In this document: in pieces, positions 29,390-41,916 of the stretch
How the letters are laid out: each line of letters begins with the position of its first letter
How positions within the stretch are numbered: the stretch's first letter is position 1
Source: Candidatus Zixiibacteriota bacterium
GTDB lineage: Bacteria; Desulfobacterota; Binatia; UBA9968
DNA: 64,000 bases
Direction of reading: 5' to 3'
Assembly: GCA_035574315.1 (NCBI GenBank)
Contig: DATLYW010000031.1
Location: forward strand, 68,574-132,573
Notes under the pieces: model-generated
Told to the model about the DNA's origin: nothing
Seen by the model: only the letters and a program-made list of their open reading frames with translations
Databases searched by the model: none
Program-made: the position numbers and the translations under genes

Positions 29390-29418
29390 ATTATCCGAAA
29401 AGACAGGAAAACTGTCAA
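29390..29418 (-). promoter_or_regulatory. Sigma-70-like promoter TTGACA-N17-GATAAT upstream of pilB
   Basis: Reverse complement of 29390-29418 reads TTGACAGTTTTCCTGTCTTTTCGGATAAT, about 20 nt before the pilB ATG, inside an AT-rich patch. Confidence 0.4.
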
Positions 29419-29767
29419 CAAAACTTTCACAAGGACGTTTTACTAGGAACTTTGTTGGTAGGTAGACACCCGTCAAAAGTGGGCCGAGACCTGAAAGTGC
29501 GGGCGCCGCGGCATAAAAGCTCCCGCTTCGGCCCGGGCGGTCGGATAACCCGCTCTCGGGGAGGACGCGGTCGGGGCCCACGCGGCACCGGCCCATTGAC
29601 CGCGCCGGAAGGTCTCGGCCGGGAGGCACCAGGATACGATGCACACATCGTTACGAGCTCACCCGTAATTGGCCGCGCGCTCTGGAAACGAGGCTTCCGG
29701 GCAGGGCGCTGGAGGAAAACAAGCCCGGCCTCCGACGTCGTCGCCTTCGGGCTGCCGCCGTAAGGGG

Positions 29768-32488
29768 CTAGGAGCGCTTGCGCAGGGCCGCCTGCGCCGC
29801 GGCGAGCTTCGCGATCGGCACGCGGTACGGGGAGCAGCTCACGTAGTCGAGGCCGATCTCGTGACAGAAGACGACCGATTTGGGATCGCCGCCGTGCTCG
29901 CCACAGATGCCGATCTCCAGGGACTTGCGGGCCTTTCGTCCCTTCTCGACCGCGATGCGCATCAGCTCGCCGACCCCCTCCTGATCGATGCTCACGAAAG
30001 GGTCCTCGGGCAGAATACCATCGAGCACGTAGGTCGGCAGGAACTTCCCGGCATCGTCGCGCGATAGCCCCAGGCAGGTCTGCGTCAGATCGTTGGTCCC
30101 GAAGGAGAAGAACTCGGCCTCGCGGGCGATTTCATCGGCGAGCAGACAGGCGCGCGGCAGCTCGATCATCGTACCGATCAGGTAGCGAACCTTGACGCCG
30201 TAGGCCTTCATCGTCTCGGCGGCAACCCGCTCGACGATGCTCTTCTGCGCCGCCAGCTCCTGGCGCGAAGCGACCAGCGGAATCATCACCTCGGGAAAGG
30301 GGTTTCTCCCCTGCTTGCGGAGCTCGCAAGCCGCCTCGAAGATCGCGCGCGCCTGCATTTCGGTGATTTCCGGGTACGAGATCCCGAGCCGGCAGCCGCG
30401 GTGGCCGAGCATCGGGTTGAATTCCTGGAGCACCTTGACCTTGTGGCTGAGGGTCTCCACCGCAACGCCCATCACGCGCGCCAAGTCTACGATCTCCTCG
30501 GGCTTGTTGGGGAGGAACTCGTGCAGCGGCGGGTCCAGGGTGCGAATCGTGACCGGCAGCCTGCCCATGATTTCCAGAATCGCCTTGAAGTCCTCCCGCT
30601 GCATCGGCAGCAACTTGGCGAGCGCCCTGCGGCGGCCGCTTTCATCCTCGGCGAGGATCATTTCGCGCACGGCCTGAATCCGATCGCCCTGGAAAAACAT
30701 ATGCTCCGTGCGGCACAGTCCGATCCCCTCTGCCCCGAACGCCTTGGCGATCCGGGCCTGATCGGGCTGGTCGGTATTGGTCCTGACTCCCAGCTTTCGG
30801 ACCGCGTCCGCCCAGCGCATCAGCCGGGCGTACTGCTGGTAGACCCGCGATTTCCTGGCTTCCTTCGATCCCCCGGTGAGAACCTGCAACACCTCCGAGG
30901 GCAGCGTGCGAACCTCTCCCCGGATCACCTCCCCCGTGCTGCCGTCGATCGAGATCCAGTCGCCCTCCTTGAGAACGGCGCCGTCCACGGACATCGTCCG
31001 CCCCGCATAGTCGATCTGCAGCGCCTCGCATCCGGCGACGCACACCTTCCCCATCTGGCGCGCCACCAGAGCTGCGTGAGAAGTCATACCGCCGCGTGCC
31101 GTCAGGATCCCTTGCGCCGCGTCCATGCCGCGAATGTCGTCGGGGCTCGTCTCGATCCGGCAGAGAATGACTCGCTCGCCTCTGCGTTTCCATTCCACCG
31201 CATCTTCGGCATGGAAGACGATCCGGCCGGTCGCGGCTCCCGGCCCTGCGGGCAAACCCTTGGCGAGCACGCGCTTTTCCGCCGCGGCGCGCTCCTTATC
31301 CCGATTATCGAAAACCGGCCGCAACAGCTGATTGAGGTGGTCGGGCTCGATGCGCAGCAGCGCCTCGTTCCGGTCGATGATGCCCTCCTCGACCATGTCC
31401 ACCGCGATCCGCACGGCCGCAAAGCCCGTGCGCTTCCCCGCCCGCGTCTGCAGCATCCAGAGCTTGTTGTTCTCGATGGTGAACTCGACGTCCTGCATCT
31501 CCTTGTAGTGCCGCTCGAGAATTTTGCAGACCCTCTCGAGCTCGGCGTACGCCTTCGGCATCACGATCTTCAGATCCGCGATCGGCCGCGGGGTGCGAAT
31601 CCCAGCGACGACGTCCTCTCCCTGGGCGTTGACCAGAAATTCTCCGTAGATTCCTCGGTCTCCGGTGGAGGGGTTGCGGGTGAAAGCGACTCCCGTAGCG
31701 CAGGAGTCGCCCAAATTGCCGAAAACCATGGCCTGGACGTTGACGGCGGTGCCCCAGGTGTGCGGGATGTGGTACAACTCGCGGTAAGCGACGGCGCGGT
31801 CGTTGTTCCACGACCCGAAGACCGCACCGATTGCGCCCCACAGTTGCTCGTACGGATCCTCGGGAAACGGATGCCCCGTGCGCTCTTTGACCGTCTCCTT
31901 GTACCGGGCGACGACCTCCCGGAGATCTTCGGCGCTGAGCTCCGTATCCAGCTGCACCCCTCGCGCTCGTTTTTGCTGCGCCAGAGTTTCCTCGAAGGGA
32001 TCCCGTTCCAGCTTGTCCCGCGGGCGCAGGCCCAAAACCACGTCCGCGTACATCTGCACGAAGCGCCGGTAGGAGTCGTAGGCGAAGCGCGGGTTGCGCG
32101 TGCGCGCGATCAGACCCTCGACGGTGCGGTCGTTGAGCCCCAGATTGAGCACCGTGTCCATCATGCCCGGCATCGATTCCCGCGCGCCGGAGCGAACGGA
32201 AACGAGCAACGGGTTCGCGCTGTCGCCGAAACGGCGGCCCATGATCTCCTCGACCCTGCGGAGGGCCGCCATGGTCGCCGATTCGAGACCTTTCGGGTAC
32301 CGCTTCCCGTGCGCGTAGTAATACGCGCACACCTCGGTGGTGATCGTGAACCCCGGAGGGACCGGAACCCCGATGCGCGTCATTTCGTGCAGGCCCGCCC
32401 CCTTCCCGCCGAGCAGGGCCCGCATCGCCTCTTTTCCCTCGGCCCGACCGTTCCCGAAGAAGTACACGTATTTGGCTCGCTTGGACAT
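29768..32488 (-). CDS. ppdK: Pyruvate, phosphate dikinase
   Basis: 906 aa; N-terminal ATP-grasp, central phospho-His domain, C-terminal PEP-utilising domain. Confidence 0.9.
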   Translation of the reverse strand: MSKRAKYVYFFGNGRAEGKEAMRALLGGKGAGLHEMTRIGVPVPPGFTITTEVCAYYYAHGKRYPKGLESATMAALRRVEEIMGRRFGDSANPLLVSVRSGARESMPGMMDTVLNLGLNDRTVEGLIARTRNPRFAYDSYRRFVQMYADVVLGLRPRDKLERDPFEETLAQQKRARGVQLDTELSAEDLREVVARYKETVKERTGHPFPEDPYEQLWGAIGAVFGSWNNDRAVAYRELYHIPHTWGTAVNVQAMVFGNLGDSCATGVAFTRNPSTGDRGIYGEFLVNAQGEDVVAGIRTPRPIADLKIVMPKAYAELERVCKILERHYKEMQDVEFTIENNKLWMLQTRAGKRTGFAAVRIAVDMVEEGIIDRNEALLRIEPDHLNQLLRPVFDNRDKERAAAEKRVLAKGLPAGPGAATGRIVFHAEDAVEWKRRGERVILCRIETSPDDIRGMDAAQGILTARGGMTSHAALVARQMGKVCVAGCEALQIDYAGRTMSVDGAVLKEGDWISIDGSTGEVIRGEVRTLPSEVLQVLTGGSKEARKSRVYQQYARLMRWADAVRKLGVRTNTDQPDQARIAKAFGAEGIGLCRTEHMFFQGDRIQAVREMILAEDESGRRRALAKLLPMQREDFKAILEIMGRLPVTIRTLDPPLHEFLPNKPEEIVDLARVMGVAVETLSHKVKVLQEFNPMLGHRGCRLGISYPEITEMQARAIFEAACELRKQGRNPFPEVMIPLVASRQELAAQKSIVERVAAETMKAYGVKVRYLIGTMIELPRACLLADEIAREAEFFSFGTNDLTQTCLGLSRDDAGKFLPTYVLDGILPEDPFVSIDQEGVGELMRIAVEKGRKARKSLEIGICGEHGGDPKSVVFCHEIGLDYVSCSPYRVPIAKLAAAQAALRKRS

Positions 32489-32540
32489 GGCTATCTCCGT
32501 TGCTTGGGCCGTTCCACGGTGACCATGGACCTGGCCGCTT

Positions 32541-33332
32541 CTACACCGCAGAGAGCTTGTGGAGAAAGGGTGCGGACTTGATCTCCCGATCGAGCTGGAA
32601 ACGGATGAATTTCCCGATCACGTTCTCGATCTCCCGGACAATCCCGGGCGAAAGATTTTTCCCCCATCCGAAAGCAACGTCCCGCTCCAGATCGGCGATC
32701 GCGTCCAGCGCCGCTCCCGCTAAGGGTACCACCTCTTTTCTGCTTCGCGAACAGCCCTGGCACAAAAGCCCGCCGTCGCGGAAGCTGAAGCACCACGCCC
32801 CGTGACCGCCTCGAAGCCACGCCGCCGAGCAAGCCCGGCACCGATCCAGGACGGGCCGGTAGCCCGCCAGCCGCAGCAGCTTTAGCTCGAAGGACGCGAG
32901 AAACGAAAACGAGGCTCCTTCGCCTTCGAGATGGCTTAAAGCGGACCGCAAATGCTCGAACAGGGGTCGGTTCTCCTCCCCCTCGCCGACCATCCCCTCC
33001 GTAACCTCGACACAGTACGAGGCGAAGGCGATCCGGTCGAGGCCGCTCGCCAGTTTGTGGAAGCTTCGCATAAGCTCGCAGCCCAGGATGAAGACCAGAC
33101 CGCCGGCAGAGCGCTCCTGGAATCGGAGCCGAACCAGGGAAAAGGGCTCGAGGCAGTTCCCGAAACGCTTGACTGAGCGCTTTGCGCCTTTTGCGATCCC
33201 CCTGAGCTTGCCGTGATCTTCGGTCAGAAACGAGACAATTTTATCCGATTCACCGAACGGCCAAGTACGCAGAACGATGGCCGAGGTGACATAGCTGAGA
33301 CGCATAGGGCAGGTTCGAGCTAAGGAAAACAC
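32541..33332 (-). CDS. recO: DNA repair protein RecO (start possibly at 33302)
   Basis: OB-fold N-terminus, C-terminal zinc motif (C..C...C..C). Confidence 0.8.
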   Translation of the reverse strand: MFSLARTCPMRLSYVTSAIVLRTWPFGESDKIVSFLTEDHGKLRGIAKGAKRSVKRFGNCLEPFSLVRLRFQERSAGGLVFILGCELMRSFHKLASGLDRIAFASYCVEVTEGMVGEGEENRPLFEHLRSALSHLEGEGASFSFLASFELKLLRLAGYRPVLDRCRACSAAWLRGGHGAWCFSFRDGGLLCQGCSRSRKEVVPLAGAALDAIADLERDVAFGWGKNLSPGIVREIENVIGKFIRFQLDREIKSAPFLHKLSAV

Positions 33333-33395
33333 TTACCACGTTTGGGGGTGGGACACAAGTAGCGAGAAAATAAACGGTTTTTTCTTCACTTAAGC

Positions 33396-33424
33396 TTGAC
33401 AACCGGGAAAGCGGTGATTACATT
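33396..33424 (+). promoter_or_regulatory. Sigma-70-like promoter TTGACA-N17-TACATT upstream of grpE; no CIRCE element seen
   Basis: Read directly, ~30 nt before the grpE ATG. Confidence 0.35.
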
Positions 33425-33453
33425 GCCGAGACAATCATTGCGGAGCCCGTACG

Positions 33454-34095
33454 ATGACCGAAGATCCAAAAAAGCCAAACGAAACGGCCGAGATCGATAA
33501 CCAAGAACGAAGCAGCGGCGAGAGCGCGGCCGAGCCCCAAAATGCTTCTCCGCCATCGCCCGAAGTCGAAACGGAGAACCTGCGTCAACAACTGGCGGCA
33601 GCCGAAAACCAGGCCCGGGAAAACTATGACCGGTTCCTCCGGGCTGTCGCCGAGCTCGAGAATTTCAAGAAGCGGGCCGCGCGGGACAAGGAGGAAGCGG
33701 TCCGCTTCGCCAACGAAGATCTCATCCGCGATTTGCTCCCGATCGTAGACAACCTGGAGCGTGCGGTCGCCCATGCCAAGGGCGGCGGGAACGGGAAACC
33801 GATCGTGGAGGGGGTTGAGATGATTCTTCGGGCGCTCATGGACGTGCTGGCGAAGCACGAAGCGGTGCCGATCGCGGCCGTCGGAGAGCCCTTCGACCCG
33901 GAGAAGCACGAGGCCATGGCACAGGTCGAGAGCGAAACCGTCGCGCCCAACACCGTGACCGAAGAGCATCACAAGGGCTATTTGTTTCGCGGGCGACTGC
34001 TGCGGCCCGCGCTCGTGACCGTCGCCAAGGCACCCGAGAGAAAGGCTCAAAAAGACGGCGATTCCGAGGTTGAAAAGACGCCCACCGATGATTAA
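33454..34095 (+). CDS. grpE: Nucleotide exchange factor GrpE
   Basis: GrpE coiled-coil and C-terminal beta domain (YDRFLRAVAELENFKKR). Confidence 0.9.
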   Translation: MTEDPKKPNETAEIDNQERSSGESAAEPQNASPPSPEVETENLRQQLAAAENQARENYDRFLRAVAELENFKKRAARDKEEAVRFANEDLIRDLLPIVDNLERAVAHAKGGGNGKPIVEGVEMILRALMDVLAKHEAVPIAAVGEPFDPEKHEAMAQVESETVAPNTVTEEHHKGYLFRGRLLRPALVTVAKAPERKAQKDGDSEVEKTPTDD

Positions 34096-34140
34096 ATAAG
34101 CTGCGAGTCAAGGCCCTCAAAGGAGTAAAGAGGTAACGAA

Positions 34141-36063
34141 ATGGCCAAAGTCATTGGAATCGACCTGGGGACAACGAATTCCTGCGTGGCGATCATGGAG
34201 GGCGGCGAGCCGAAGGTGCTTGTCAACTCCGAGGGAAGCCGGACGACCCCTTCGGTGGTCGCCTTTACGGACAGCGGCGAGCGGCTGGTCGGACAGATCG
34301 CGCGGCGCCAGGCGATCACGAATCCCGCCAACACGATCTTCGCGGTAAAGCGCTTGATCGGCCGGCGCTTCGACGACCCCATGGTCAAGAAGGCGATGAG
34401 CGTGCTGCCCTACAAGATCGTGCGCAGCGACAACGGCGATGCCTGGGTGGAGATTCGCGGCAAGCAGTACAGCCCGGCGGAGATCTCGGCCATCGTTCTG
34501 CAAAAGATGAAGCAGACCGCCGAGGACTATCTCGGCGAGAAGGTGACCGAGGCGGTAATCACCGTTCCGGCGTACTTCAACGACAGCCAGCGCCAAGCGA
34601 CGAAGGACGCCGGTCGCATCGCCGGCCTGAACGTGCTGCGAATCATCAACGAGCCCACTGCCGCGTCGCTGGCCTACGGGCTGGACAAGAAGAAAGACGA
34701 AAAGATCGCGGTCTTCGACCTCGGCGGGGGGACCTTCGACATCTCCATCCTGGAGCTGGGTGACGGAGTGTTCGAGGTTAAGGCGACCAACGGCGACACC
34801 TTCCTCGGCGGGGAGGACTTCGACCAGCGCATCATCGATTATCTCGCCGACGAATTCAAGAAGGACCAGGGTATCGACCTGCGCAAGGACCGTATGGCGC
34901 TCCAGCGGCTCAAGGAAGCGGCCGAGAAGGCCAAATGCGAGCTGTCGTCCTCGATGGAAACCGATATCAACCTGCCGTTCATCACGGCCGACCAGCAGGG
35001 GCCGAAGCACCTCAACATGAAGCTCACGCGCTCGAAGCTCGAAGCGTTGTGCGCGGACCTGCTCGATCGCCTGGAGCCGCCGTGCCGCCAGGCCCTCAAG
35101 GACGCGGGGCTGAGCCCGAGCGAGATCGACGAGGTGATCCTGGTCGGCGGGATGACGCGCATGCCGGCCGTGCAGGAACGGGTCAAGAAGATTTTCGGCA
35201 AAGACCCGAACAAGAGCGTCAACCCCGATGAGGTCGTGGCGATCGGCGCTGCCATCCAGGCCGCGGTGCTCAAGGGCGAGGTCAAAGACGTCCTGTTGCT
35301 CGACGTCACGCCGCTCTCGCTCGGCATCGAGACCCTGGGCGGGGTTTTCACCAAGCTGATCGAGCGTAACACCACCATTCCGACCAGAAAGAGCCAGATC
35401 TTCTCCACGGCCCAGGATAACCAGACGGCGGTCTCGATCCGTGTCTTCCAGGGGGAGCGCGAGATGGCGGCCGACAACAAGCTGCTCGGCCAGTTCGACC
35501 TGGTCGGTATTCCGATGGCGCCACGCGGCGTGCCGCAGATCGAGGTCACGTTCGACATCGACGCGAACGGTATCGTGCATGTCTCCGCCAAGGACCTCGG
35601 CACCGGCAAGGAGCAGTCGATCAAAATCACCGCTTCCAGTGGCTTGACCGAAGAGGAAATCAAGCGCATGGTGAAGGACGCCGAGGCGCACGCGGCCGAG
35701 GACCGCAAGCGCAGGGAAACGGCCGAGGCTCGCAATCACCTCGATTCTCTGATTTACTCGACCGAAAAATCGCTCAAGGAGCACGGCGCGGATCTCGACG
35801 CTTCGATCAAGAGCAGGATCGAGGACGCGTTGAGCAAAGCGAAGAAGGCCCTTGAAGGCCAGGACGCCGCCGCCATGCGGGCAGCGGCCGAAGAGCTGAG
35901 CCAGGCCTCGCACAAGCTCGCGGAGGCGATGTACGCGAAGGCTTCGCAACAGCAGCAAGGGGCACACGCGGGCGCTTCTGCCGGAGGCGACGGCGAGGCG
36001 CAGAGCGGCAAGAAAAAGAAAGACGACGTCGTCGACGCCGACTTCGAGGAGGTCAAGGATTGA
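34141..36063 (+). CDS. dnaK: Chaperone DnaK (Hsp70)
   Basis: Full-length Hsp70 signatures ([16 protein letters not shown], etc.). Confidence 0.97.
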   Translation: MAKVIGIDLGTTNSCVAIMEGGEPKVLVNSEGSRTTPSVVAFTDSGERLVGQIARRQAITNPANTIFAVKRLIGRRFDDPMVKKAMSVLPYKIVRSDNGDAWVEIRGKQYSPAEISAIVLQKMKQTAEDYLGEKVTEAVITVPAYFNDSQRQATKDAGRIAGLNVLRIINEPTAASLAYGLDKKKDEKIAVFDLGGGTFDISILELGDGVFEVKATNGDTFLGGEDFDQRIIDYLADEFKKDQGIDLRKDRMALQRLKEAAEKAKCELSSSMETDINLPFITADQQGPKHLNMKLTRSKLEALCADLLDRLEPPCRQALKDAGLSPSEIDEVILVGGMTRMPAVQERVKKIFGKDPNKSVNPDEVVAIGAAIQAAVLKGEVKDVLLLDVTPLSLGIETLGGVFTKLIERNTTIPTRKSQIFSTAQDNQTAVSIRVFQGEREMAADNKLLGQFDLVGIPMAPRGVPQIEVTFDIDANGIVHVSAKDLGTGKEQSIKITASSGLTEEEIKRMVKDAEAHAAEDRKRRETAEARNHLDSLIYSTEKSLKEHGADLDASIKSRIEDALSKAKKALEGQDAAAMRAAAEELSQASHKLAEAMYAKASQQQQGAHAGASAGGDGEAQSGKKKKDDVVDADFEEVKD

Positions 36064-36103
36064 CCGGACCGTGACGAGGCGTTTTGTCCCCGTCCACGGA
36101 GCA

Positions 36104-36150
36104 AAAGCCCCGCCTCCTGCCCCGACTCCAGGAGGGGGGCTTTCTTGCTT
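36104..36150 (+). terminator. GC-rich hairpin (AAGCCCCGCCTCCTG...CAGGAGGGGGGCTT) plus TTTCTTGCTT between dnaK and dnaJ
   Basis: 13-14 bp near-perfect stem followed by a T-rich tract, 40 nt after the dnaK stop. Confidence 0.5.
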
Positions 36151-36183
36151 GTAATAATGACGTAAGGCGGCAGAGGTCAGAGT

Positions 36184-37296
36184 TTGAACGGCAAAAAAGA
36201 CTACTACGAGCTGCTGGGCCTCAGGCGCAACGCGAGCGAAGAGGAGATCAAGAAAGCTTACCGGAAGCTGGCTCTGCAATACCACCCGGACCGAAATCCG
36301 GGCGACAAGCAGGCCGAGGAGAAGTTCAAAGAGATTTCGGAAGCCTACCAGGTCCTCTCCGACCCGCAAAAACGCGCTCAATACGACCAGTTCGGCCACG
36401 CCGCTTTCGGCGAAGGCGGACCCTTCGCCGGAGGCTTCGATTTCACGGCCGGCTTCGAGGACATCTTCGGTGATATTTTCGGGGAGTTCTTCGGAACCGG
36501 CGGCGGCCGGCGGCGGGGCCGGGTTAAAGGCGACGACCTGCGCTACAACCTGACGCTCAGCTTCGAAGAGGCGGTCACCGGCACGGAAAAGAAGATCAGG
36601 ATTCCCCGGCACGGCACCTGCGAGACCTGCCGCGGCAGCGGAGCCCGTCCGGGAACCGCGCCGCAAACCTGCCCAATGTGCCGCGGGCGCGGCCAGGTGA
36701 GCTTTCAACAGGGCTTCTTCAGCGTCTCGCGCACCTGCAGCCAGTGCCACGGCCAGGGCACGGTTCTCACCGATCCCTGCCCCGAGTGTCGTGGTGCCGG
36801 GCGGGTGCGCCGCATGCACACGCTGAGCGTCAAGATTCCGCCCGGCGTGGACACCGGGTCGCGGCTCAAGCTACGGGGCGAGGGTGAGGCGGCTCCCGGA
36901 GGCGGAGTGCCCGGCGACCTCTACGTGGTCATCCAGGTGGAGCCCCACCCGATCTTCGTCCGCGACCAGCTCGACATCATCTGCGAGGTCCCGATCAGCT
37001 TCGTGCAGGCGGCGCTCGGGGCCGAGATCGACGTGCCGACGCTGGACGGCAAGGTCAAGATGAAAATTCCTCCCGGAACACAAAGCGGCAAGGTCTTTCG
37101 CCTGAAGGGCAAAGGCGTACGGGACGTCCAGGGGTATCAGCAAGGAGACCAGCTCGTACGCGTCATCGTCGAAACCCCGACCCGGCTCACGCCGCGACAA
37201 AAGGAGCTGCTCAGAGAGTTCGCCGCTGCCGGCGGGGAGGAAAGCAACCCGATGTCCAAGGGCTTTATCGACAAGGTAAAGCAGCTTTTCGGGTAG
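36184..37296 (+). CDS. dnaJ: Chaperone DnaJ (TTG start inferred)
   Basis: J-domain with HPD motif, G/F region, four CxxCxGxG zinc repeats. Confidence 0.9.
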   Translation: MNGKKDYYELLGLRRNASEEEIKKAYRKLALQYHPDRNPGDKQAEEKFKEISEAYQVLSDPQKRAQYDQFGHAAFGEGGPFAGGFDFTAGFEDIFGDIFGEFFGTGGGRRRGRVKGDDLRYNLTLSFEEAVTGTEKKIRIPRHGTCETCRGSGARPGTAPQTCPMCRGRGQVSFQQGFFSVSRTCSQCHGQGTVLTDPCPECRGAGRVRRMHTLSVKIPPGVDTGSRLKLRGEGEAAPGGGVPGDLYVVIQVEPHPIFVRDQLDIICEVPISFVQAALGAEIDVPTLDGKVKMKIPPGTQSGKVFRLKGKGVRDVQGYQQGDQLVRVIVETPTRLTPRQKELLREFAAAGGEESNPMSKGFIDKVKQLFG

Positions 37297-37423
37297 AAGC
37301 GCGCCACGACACCACCCGCCCCACGTCCAGGCCGCGGGATCCCGCTTCCAATGGTTCGGCCGCCTCGTCTTTTTCGGTTGACCTGGGCGACGGGTGTGAT
37401 TAAGTAGTGCTCAAGGATCCTCG

Positions 37424-39916
37424 ATGAGCGAAGCTGAATGGAAAACTGAGGGACCAGAGTCCAAAACGACACAGGTCGAAATCCCCGACGTCCTTCCGCT
37501 CCTGCCGATTCGGGACATCGTCATCTATCCTTATATGATGCTACCGCTGTTCGTCGGGCGAGACGTCTCGATTCGCGCCGTCGAGGAGGCCCTGTCCCGC
37601 GACCGGCTGATTTTCCTCGTCGCCCAGAAGAACTCGGCCGAGGAGAACCCCGGGGCGGCGGACATCCACCGGGTGGGGACCGTTGCCTCCATCATGCGCA
37701 TGCTCAAGCTCGCCGACGGCCGGGTCAAGATTCTGGTCCAGGGGCTCGCCAAAGGGAGCATCGAGTCTTACGTCCGTGAACGCCCCTACTTCGAGGTCAA
37801 GATCCACAAGGTGCTGGAAACAGCGCTGCCGGAAGTTCCCATCGAAGTCGAAGCGCTGATGCGCAACGTCAAGGAGAAGATCGAGCAGATCCTGAACCTC
37901 AAGAACCTCCCGCCCGAGATCGTCATGGTCACCGACAACATCAGCGATCCCGGGGTGCTCGCCGACCTCGTGGCTTCCAACCTCCGGCTGAAGATCGAGG
38001 AGAGCCAGGCGGTTCTCGAAATCTTCGACCCAATCGAGCGGTTGAAGAAGGTCAACGAGCTGCTCAGCCGCGAGCTCGAGCTCTCGACGATGCAGGCCCG
38101 CATCCAGAACCAGGCCAAGGAGGAGATGAGCAAGACGCAACGCGACTATTTCCTGCGCGAGCAGCTGAAGCAGATCCAGCAGGAGCTCGGGGAAGGGGAT
38201 GAGCGTGCGGAAGAGATCGGCGAGCTGCGCCGCCTGATCGAAAAGGCCAAAATGCCCACGGACGTCCGGCGCGAGGCGGAAAAGCAGCTCAAACGGCTCG
38301 AGCAGATGCATCCCGAATCCTCCGAGGCATCGCTGGTCCGCACTTACCTCGACTGGCTCGTCGACCTGCCGTGGAGCAAGCGGACCAGGGACAACCTCAA
38401 CATACGCAAGGCCAAGCAGGTCCTCGACGAGGACCATTACGACCTCGAGAAGATCAAGGAACGGATCCTGGAGTACCTGGCGGTCAACAAGCTGCGGCGG
38501 AAAATCAAAGGGCCGATCCTCTGCTTCGTCGGTCCTCCCGGCGTCGGCAAGACCTCGTTGGGGCGATCCATCGCCCGGGCGCTCGGGCGGAATTTCGTGC
38601 GGATCTCGCTCGGCGGCGTACGCGACGAAGCCGAGATTCGCGGCCACCGGCGGACGTACGTGGGCGCGCTGCCGGGACGCATCATCCAGGGCATCAAGCA
38701 GGCAGGGACTAACAACCCGGTTTTCATGCTCGACGAGATCGACAAGGTGGGTGCCGACTTCCGCGGCGATCCCTCAGCCGCGTTGCTCGAGGTGCTCGAT
38801 CCCGAGCAAAACCATGCCTTCAGCGACCACTACCTCAATCTTCCGTTCGATCTTTCCAACGTGCTGTTCATCTGCACGGCGAACGTCCTCGACCCGATTC
38901 CGCCCGCGCTCGCCGACCGGATGGAGGTCATTCAGCTCTCGGGCTACACGAACGAGGAAAAGCTGGAGATCGCCCGCAAGTACCTGATTCCGCGGCAACT
39001 GGAGGACAACGGCATCTCCACCAAGCATCTGGAGATCTCCGACGACGCCCTGCTGCGCGTGATCTCCGAGTACACTAAAGAAGCCGGCCTGAGAAACCTC
39101 GAGCGGGAAATCGCCTCGATTTGCCGCAAGGTCGCGCGCAAGGTCGCCGAGGGGAAGAAGGAACTCACCCGGGTTACGCGCGCCAACGTACACCTGTTCC
39201 TTGGCGCCCCGAAGTTCCTGCCCGAGGCCGAACAGGAGCACCACGAGGTCGGGGTCGCGACCGGCCTCGCATGGACGATGACGGGGGGCGAAGTGCTTTA
39301 TGTCGAAGCGTCGCTCTCCAAGGGACGGGGCAACCTGACGCTCACCGGCCAGCTCGGCGACGTCATGAAGGAGTCCGCTCATGCCGCGGTCAGCTACGCG
39401 CGCGCACACGCCCGAAGCCTGGGTATCGAGGACGATTTCTACCAGAAGCTCGACATCCATATTCACGTCCCCGCCGGGGCGATCCCGAAGGACGGTCCCT
39501 CCGCCGGCATCACCATGGCCACGGCCCTCATCTCGGCTCTCACCAAACGGCCCGTGAGCCGCGACGTGGCGATGACTGGGGAGATCACCCTGCGCGGGCG
39601 GGTCCTGCCAGTGGGGGGCTTGAAGGAGAAGTCACTGGCCGCTTTCCGCGCGGGCATCCGGACCATCATCATTCCCGACCGCAACGAAAAAGACCTGGAG
39701 GAAATCCCCAAGGCGCTCAAGCGCAAGCTCCGCTGGGTCCCGGTAAAGAACATGTCCGAGGTGCTGAAGATCGCCTTGCTCGAGAAACACGCGCGTTCGA
39801 CCGAGAAAAGCGCCGCGGCCCGGCGGGCCGCGCTCCGCGCTGCCAAACACCGGCCCGTCAAGCCGCGGTCGGGGTCGATCAGGAGACTCCCGGGGGAAAT
39901 TCCGGTCTTGCCGTAA
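37424..39916 (+). CDS. lon: ATP-dependent Lon protease
   Basis: Lon N-domain, AAA+ Walker [10 protein letters not shown], protease domain with catalytic PKDGPSAG. Confidence 0.95.
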   Translation: MSEAEWKTEGPESKTTQVEIPDVLPLLPIRDIVIYPYMMLPLFVGRDVSIRAVEEALSRDRLIFLVAQKNSAEENPGAADIHRVGTVASIMRMLKLADGRVKILVQGLAKGSIESYVRERPYFEVKIHKVLETALPEVPIEVEALMRNVKEKIEQILNLKNLPPEIVMVTDNISDPGVLADLVASNLRLKIEESQAVLEIFDPIERLKKVNELLSRELELSTMQARIQNQAKEEMSKTQRDYFLREQLKQIQQELGEGDERAEEIGELRRLIEKAKMPTDVRREAEKQLKRLEQMHPESSEASLVRTYLDWLVDLPWSKRTRDNLNIRKAKQVLDEDHYDLEKIKERILEYLAVNKLRRKIKGPILCFVGPPGVGKTSLGRSIARALGRNFVRISLGGVRDEAEIRGHRRTYVGALPGRIIQGIKQAGTNNPVFMLDEIDKVGADFRGDPSAALLEVLDPEQNHAFSDHYLNLPFDLSNVLFICTANVLDPIPPALADRMEVIQLSGYTNEEKLEIARKYLIPRQLEDNGISTKHLEISDDALLRVISEYTKEAGLRNLEREIASICRKVARKVAEGKKELTRVTRANVHLFLGAPKFLPEAEQEHHEVGVATGLAWTMTGGEVLYVEASLSKGRGNLTLTGQLGDVMKESAHAAVSYARAHARSLGIEDDFYQKLDIHIHVPAGAIPKDGPSAGITMATALISALTKRPVSRDVAMTGEITLRGRVLPVGGLKEKSLAAFRAGIRTIIIPDRNEKDLEEIPKALKRKLRWVPVKNMSEVLKIALLEKHARSTEKSAAARRAALRAAKHRPVKPRSGSIRRLPGEIPVLP

Positions 39917-39988
39917 CGCAAAGGTGAGGGAGCCTGCGCTCCGCGAGAACTTCCCCCGCCGGTTTTCGGCTCAATCCTTCCGGCCGCT

Positions 39989-40981
39989 ATGAAACTGTCC
40001 CGCCTCGGAGAGTTCGGTCTCATAGAGCGGGTCCGCCGCATCCTGCCGGGCGCACGCGGCGTCCGTATCGGCATCGGTGACGACGCGGCGTGGGTTCGGA
40101 CGTCCTCGGGCTCCTGCCTGATCACCACCGACCTGATGGTCGAAGGCGTCCATTTCGATCTCCGGTGGACGACCCCGGAGGATCTCGGTTACAAGGCGCT
40201 CGCGGTCAACCTGAGCGATATCGCAGCGATGGGAGGCGTGCCTGCTTACGCGGTGCTCTCCGTCGGCGTTCCCGCCCGTTTCGACAGCCGGGACATCGAG
40301 GCCCTCTATCGCGGCGTCGGCCGCCTGGCGGCGCTAAGCCGCGTCGCCGTCGTCGGGGGTGATACCAGCACCGCGCCCAAGATGCTGATCTCGGTTTGTG
40401 TGATCGGCCATCCACCGCCGCGGCCGCTTACCCGCGGGGGCGCGCGGGAAGGGGACGAGATCTACGTCTCCGGCACCCTCGGGGACGCCGCGCTCGCGCT
40501 GATGCTGTTGAAGCACCGGTCGCGAAAGCTCCGCCATCCCGAAGCCTCCGTCCTCCTCGCGCGCCATCACCGGCCGTCCGCGCGAGTCGAGCTTGGAGCC
40601 CGGCTGGCGCGTTCGGGCATGGCCACGGCGATGATCGACGTGAGCGACGGGTTGTTGCAGGACCTCGGCCATATCTGCCGGGCAAGCAACGTCGGCGCGG
40701 TCGTTTGGCAGGAGCGGCTGCCGCTGTCGCCCGCCTACCGGTTGCTCTGCGGCGATCAGGGCTCGCGCTTCGCGCTGACCGGGGGAGAGGATTACGAGCT
40801 CTTGTTCTGCGCCCGGCGCCGCGAGCGACCGCGCATCGAGGCGCTTGCCCGTCGGCTCTCCCTCCCCCTTACGCGGATCGGCGAGTGCGTGGCGGCGGAG
40901 CGCGGGACTGTCGTCCTGGACGGCGCTGGCCGCCCGGTGGGCGTCGGCGCGGGGGGATACGACCACTTCAAATCGCCATAG
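39989..40981 (+). CDS. thiL: Thiamine-monophosphate kinase ThiL
   Basis: AIR-synthase-related fold; motifs match ThiL. Confidence 0.8.
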   Translation: MKLSRLGEFGLIERVRRILPGARGVRIGIGDDAAWVRTSSGSCLITTDLMVEGVHFDLRWTTPEDLGYKALAVNLSDIAAMGGVPAYAVLSVGVPARFDSRDIEALYRGVGRLAALSRVAVVGGDTSTAPKMLISVCVIGHPPPRPLTRGGAREGDEIYVSGTLGDAALALMLLKHRSRKLRHPEASVLLARHHRPSARVELGARLARSGMATAMIDVSDGLLQDLGHICRASNVGAVVWQERLPLSPAYRLLCGDQGSRFALTGGEDYELLFCARRRERPRIEALARRLSLPLTRIGECVAAERGTVVLDGAGRPVGVGAGGYDHFKSP

Positions 40982-41023
40982 CCCCAATCCGGGGAAAAAA
41001 TTATAATACGCGGCTGCACCTTT

Positions 41024-41794
41024 TTGTTGGACGCGAACAGCGCGATGGACTTTGAACGTTTGACCGCCCTCCTCGAAGCCGTGCGAAGCCGCCGGCTGAC
41101 GGTCCCGCAAGCCGCGAAGCGTCTTCGGGACCTGCCCTTCGAAGACCTGGGCTTCGCCAAGGTCGATCACCACCGCGCCCTGCGCCAGGGCTTTTCCGAA
41201 GTGATCCTCGGCGAGCACAAGACGCCGAAAGAAATCGCCGCGATCGTCCGCGCGATGCGCCGGCGGCGCACGAATGTGCTCGTCACCCGGCTTTGGCCGG
41301 AGAAGTGGCGGCGGCTGCGCCGCCTGGTCCCCGGACTGCGCTATCATGCCGCCCCGCGCGCCGCCACGTGGATCGGCAAGCCGATCCGGATCGCCGGGCG
41401 AGGGACGATTCTGGTGATCTGCGCCGGCACCTCGGACATCCCGGTCGCCGAAGAAGCGGCGCTGACCGCGCGCATGATGGGAAACCGGGTCGAGACGCTC
41501 TACGACGTCGGCGTGGCAGGGATCCACCGGCTGCTCGAGCACCGCGCGCAGCTGGAACGCGCTTCCGTGCTGATCGTCGTCGCGGGCATGGAGGGAGCGC
41601 TCCCGGGCGTGGTCGCCGGCCTGGTCGGCAAGCCGGTCATCGCCGTCCCCACGAGTGTCGGCTACGGGGCGAGCTTCGGCGGATTGTCGGCCCTGCTCGG
41701 CATGCTCAACGCCTGCGCTGCGGGGGTGACGGTCGTCAATATCGACAACGGCTTCGGTGCCGGATTTGCAGCCGGCCTGATAAACCGGGTATAA
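41024..41794 (+). CDS. larB: LarB-family (PurE-like) nickel-pincer cofactor biosynthesis carboxylase/hydrolase
   Basis: ~250 aa with PurE-like C-terminal half (VICAGTSD...VVAGMEGALPGVVAGL) and LarB-type N-terminal extension. Confidence 0.65.
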   Translation: MLDANSAMDFERLTALLEAVRSRRLTVPQAAKRLRDLPFEDLGFAKVDHHRALRQGFSEVILGEHKTPKEIAAIVRAMRRRRTNVLVTRLWPEKWRRLRRLVPGLRYHAAPRAATWIGKPIRIAGRGTILVICAGTSDIPVAEEAALTARMMGNRVETLYDVGVAGIHRLLEHRAQLERASVLIVVAGMEGALPGVVAGLVGKPVIAVPTSVGYGASFGGLSALLGMLNACAAGVTVVNIDNGFGAGFAAGLINRV

Positions 41795-41916
41795 AATGGG
41801 CCACCGAAGCGTGCTCCGCCCAGGCTTCATGCTGCGTGACACCACCGCTGCCAAACGCGCCGTTTCCCGGCCGGGTAGCCCCCGAGCGATTTCTTCCCAC
41901 CGCAGGGGTTTGTGAT

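Noticed and set aside
33333-33453. CIRCE (HrcA) operator or sigma-32 heat-shock promoter upstream of grpE-dnaK
   Set aside because: No TTAGCACTC-N9-GAGTGCTAA element and no CTTGAAA / CCCCAT-type sigma-32 motif; only a sigma-70-like TTGACA-N17-TACATT was found.
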